64,000 bases of DNA, from positions 112,654,001 to 112,718,000 of the forward strand of contig NC_042999.1 in the NCBI RefSeq assembly GCF_006345805.1. The letters run 5' to 3'. The notes beneath the pieces are model-generated. The model worked only from the letters and a program-made list of their open reading frames with translations. It ran no database searches and was not told the DNA's origin. Shown in pieces: positions 63,816 to 64,000 of this stretch; positions within the stretch are counted from its first letter, which is position 1; every line of letters starts with the position of its first letter. The position numbers were made by a program, and so were the translations under genes. This stretch comes from Octopus sinensis. Its lineage: Eukaryota.

Positions 63816-64000
63816 ATGTAAAACATTTCCAATTGAATTTACAATCATTTTCTTTTGTAATTTATGCTTGAAACTATGAGTTGGTATCATTACAATTTAC
63901 AATTTCAAATTTTGTAGAAGTAGGAGAGCATTTGGTAAAATGCCAAACTAGGATAAAGTGGTTACCATTCTAATATTTGGCTTCAAATTGTGTACATCTC

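Overview
This is an AT-rich, repeat-dense animal genomic window. Its SINE/RTE repertoire and its (TA)n/(CA)n density point to a coleoid cephalopod, most likely Octopus (inference). I can support one protein-coding gene: a minus-strand C2H2 zinc-finger gene with three coding exons (15577-15034, 11677-11493, 7121-6258; 530 aa, four fingers) of the ZNF384/ZNF362/lin-29/rotund type. The rest is transposon-derived: RTE LINE copies (one with a 16-bp TSD), several tRNA-derived SINE families, mariner remnants, TA- and TTAA-type MITEs, Helitron-type pieces and Penelope-like (GIY-YIG) remnants. The most striking object is a perfect 213-bp inverted repeat (58702-59200) in which each arm carries a fully intact minimal type I hammerhead ribozyme, one on each strand, pointing away from a 73-bp spacer. 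Almost all other ORFs in the track are microsatellite or repeat artefacts. All alignments and folds were done by eye; no database searches were run.
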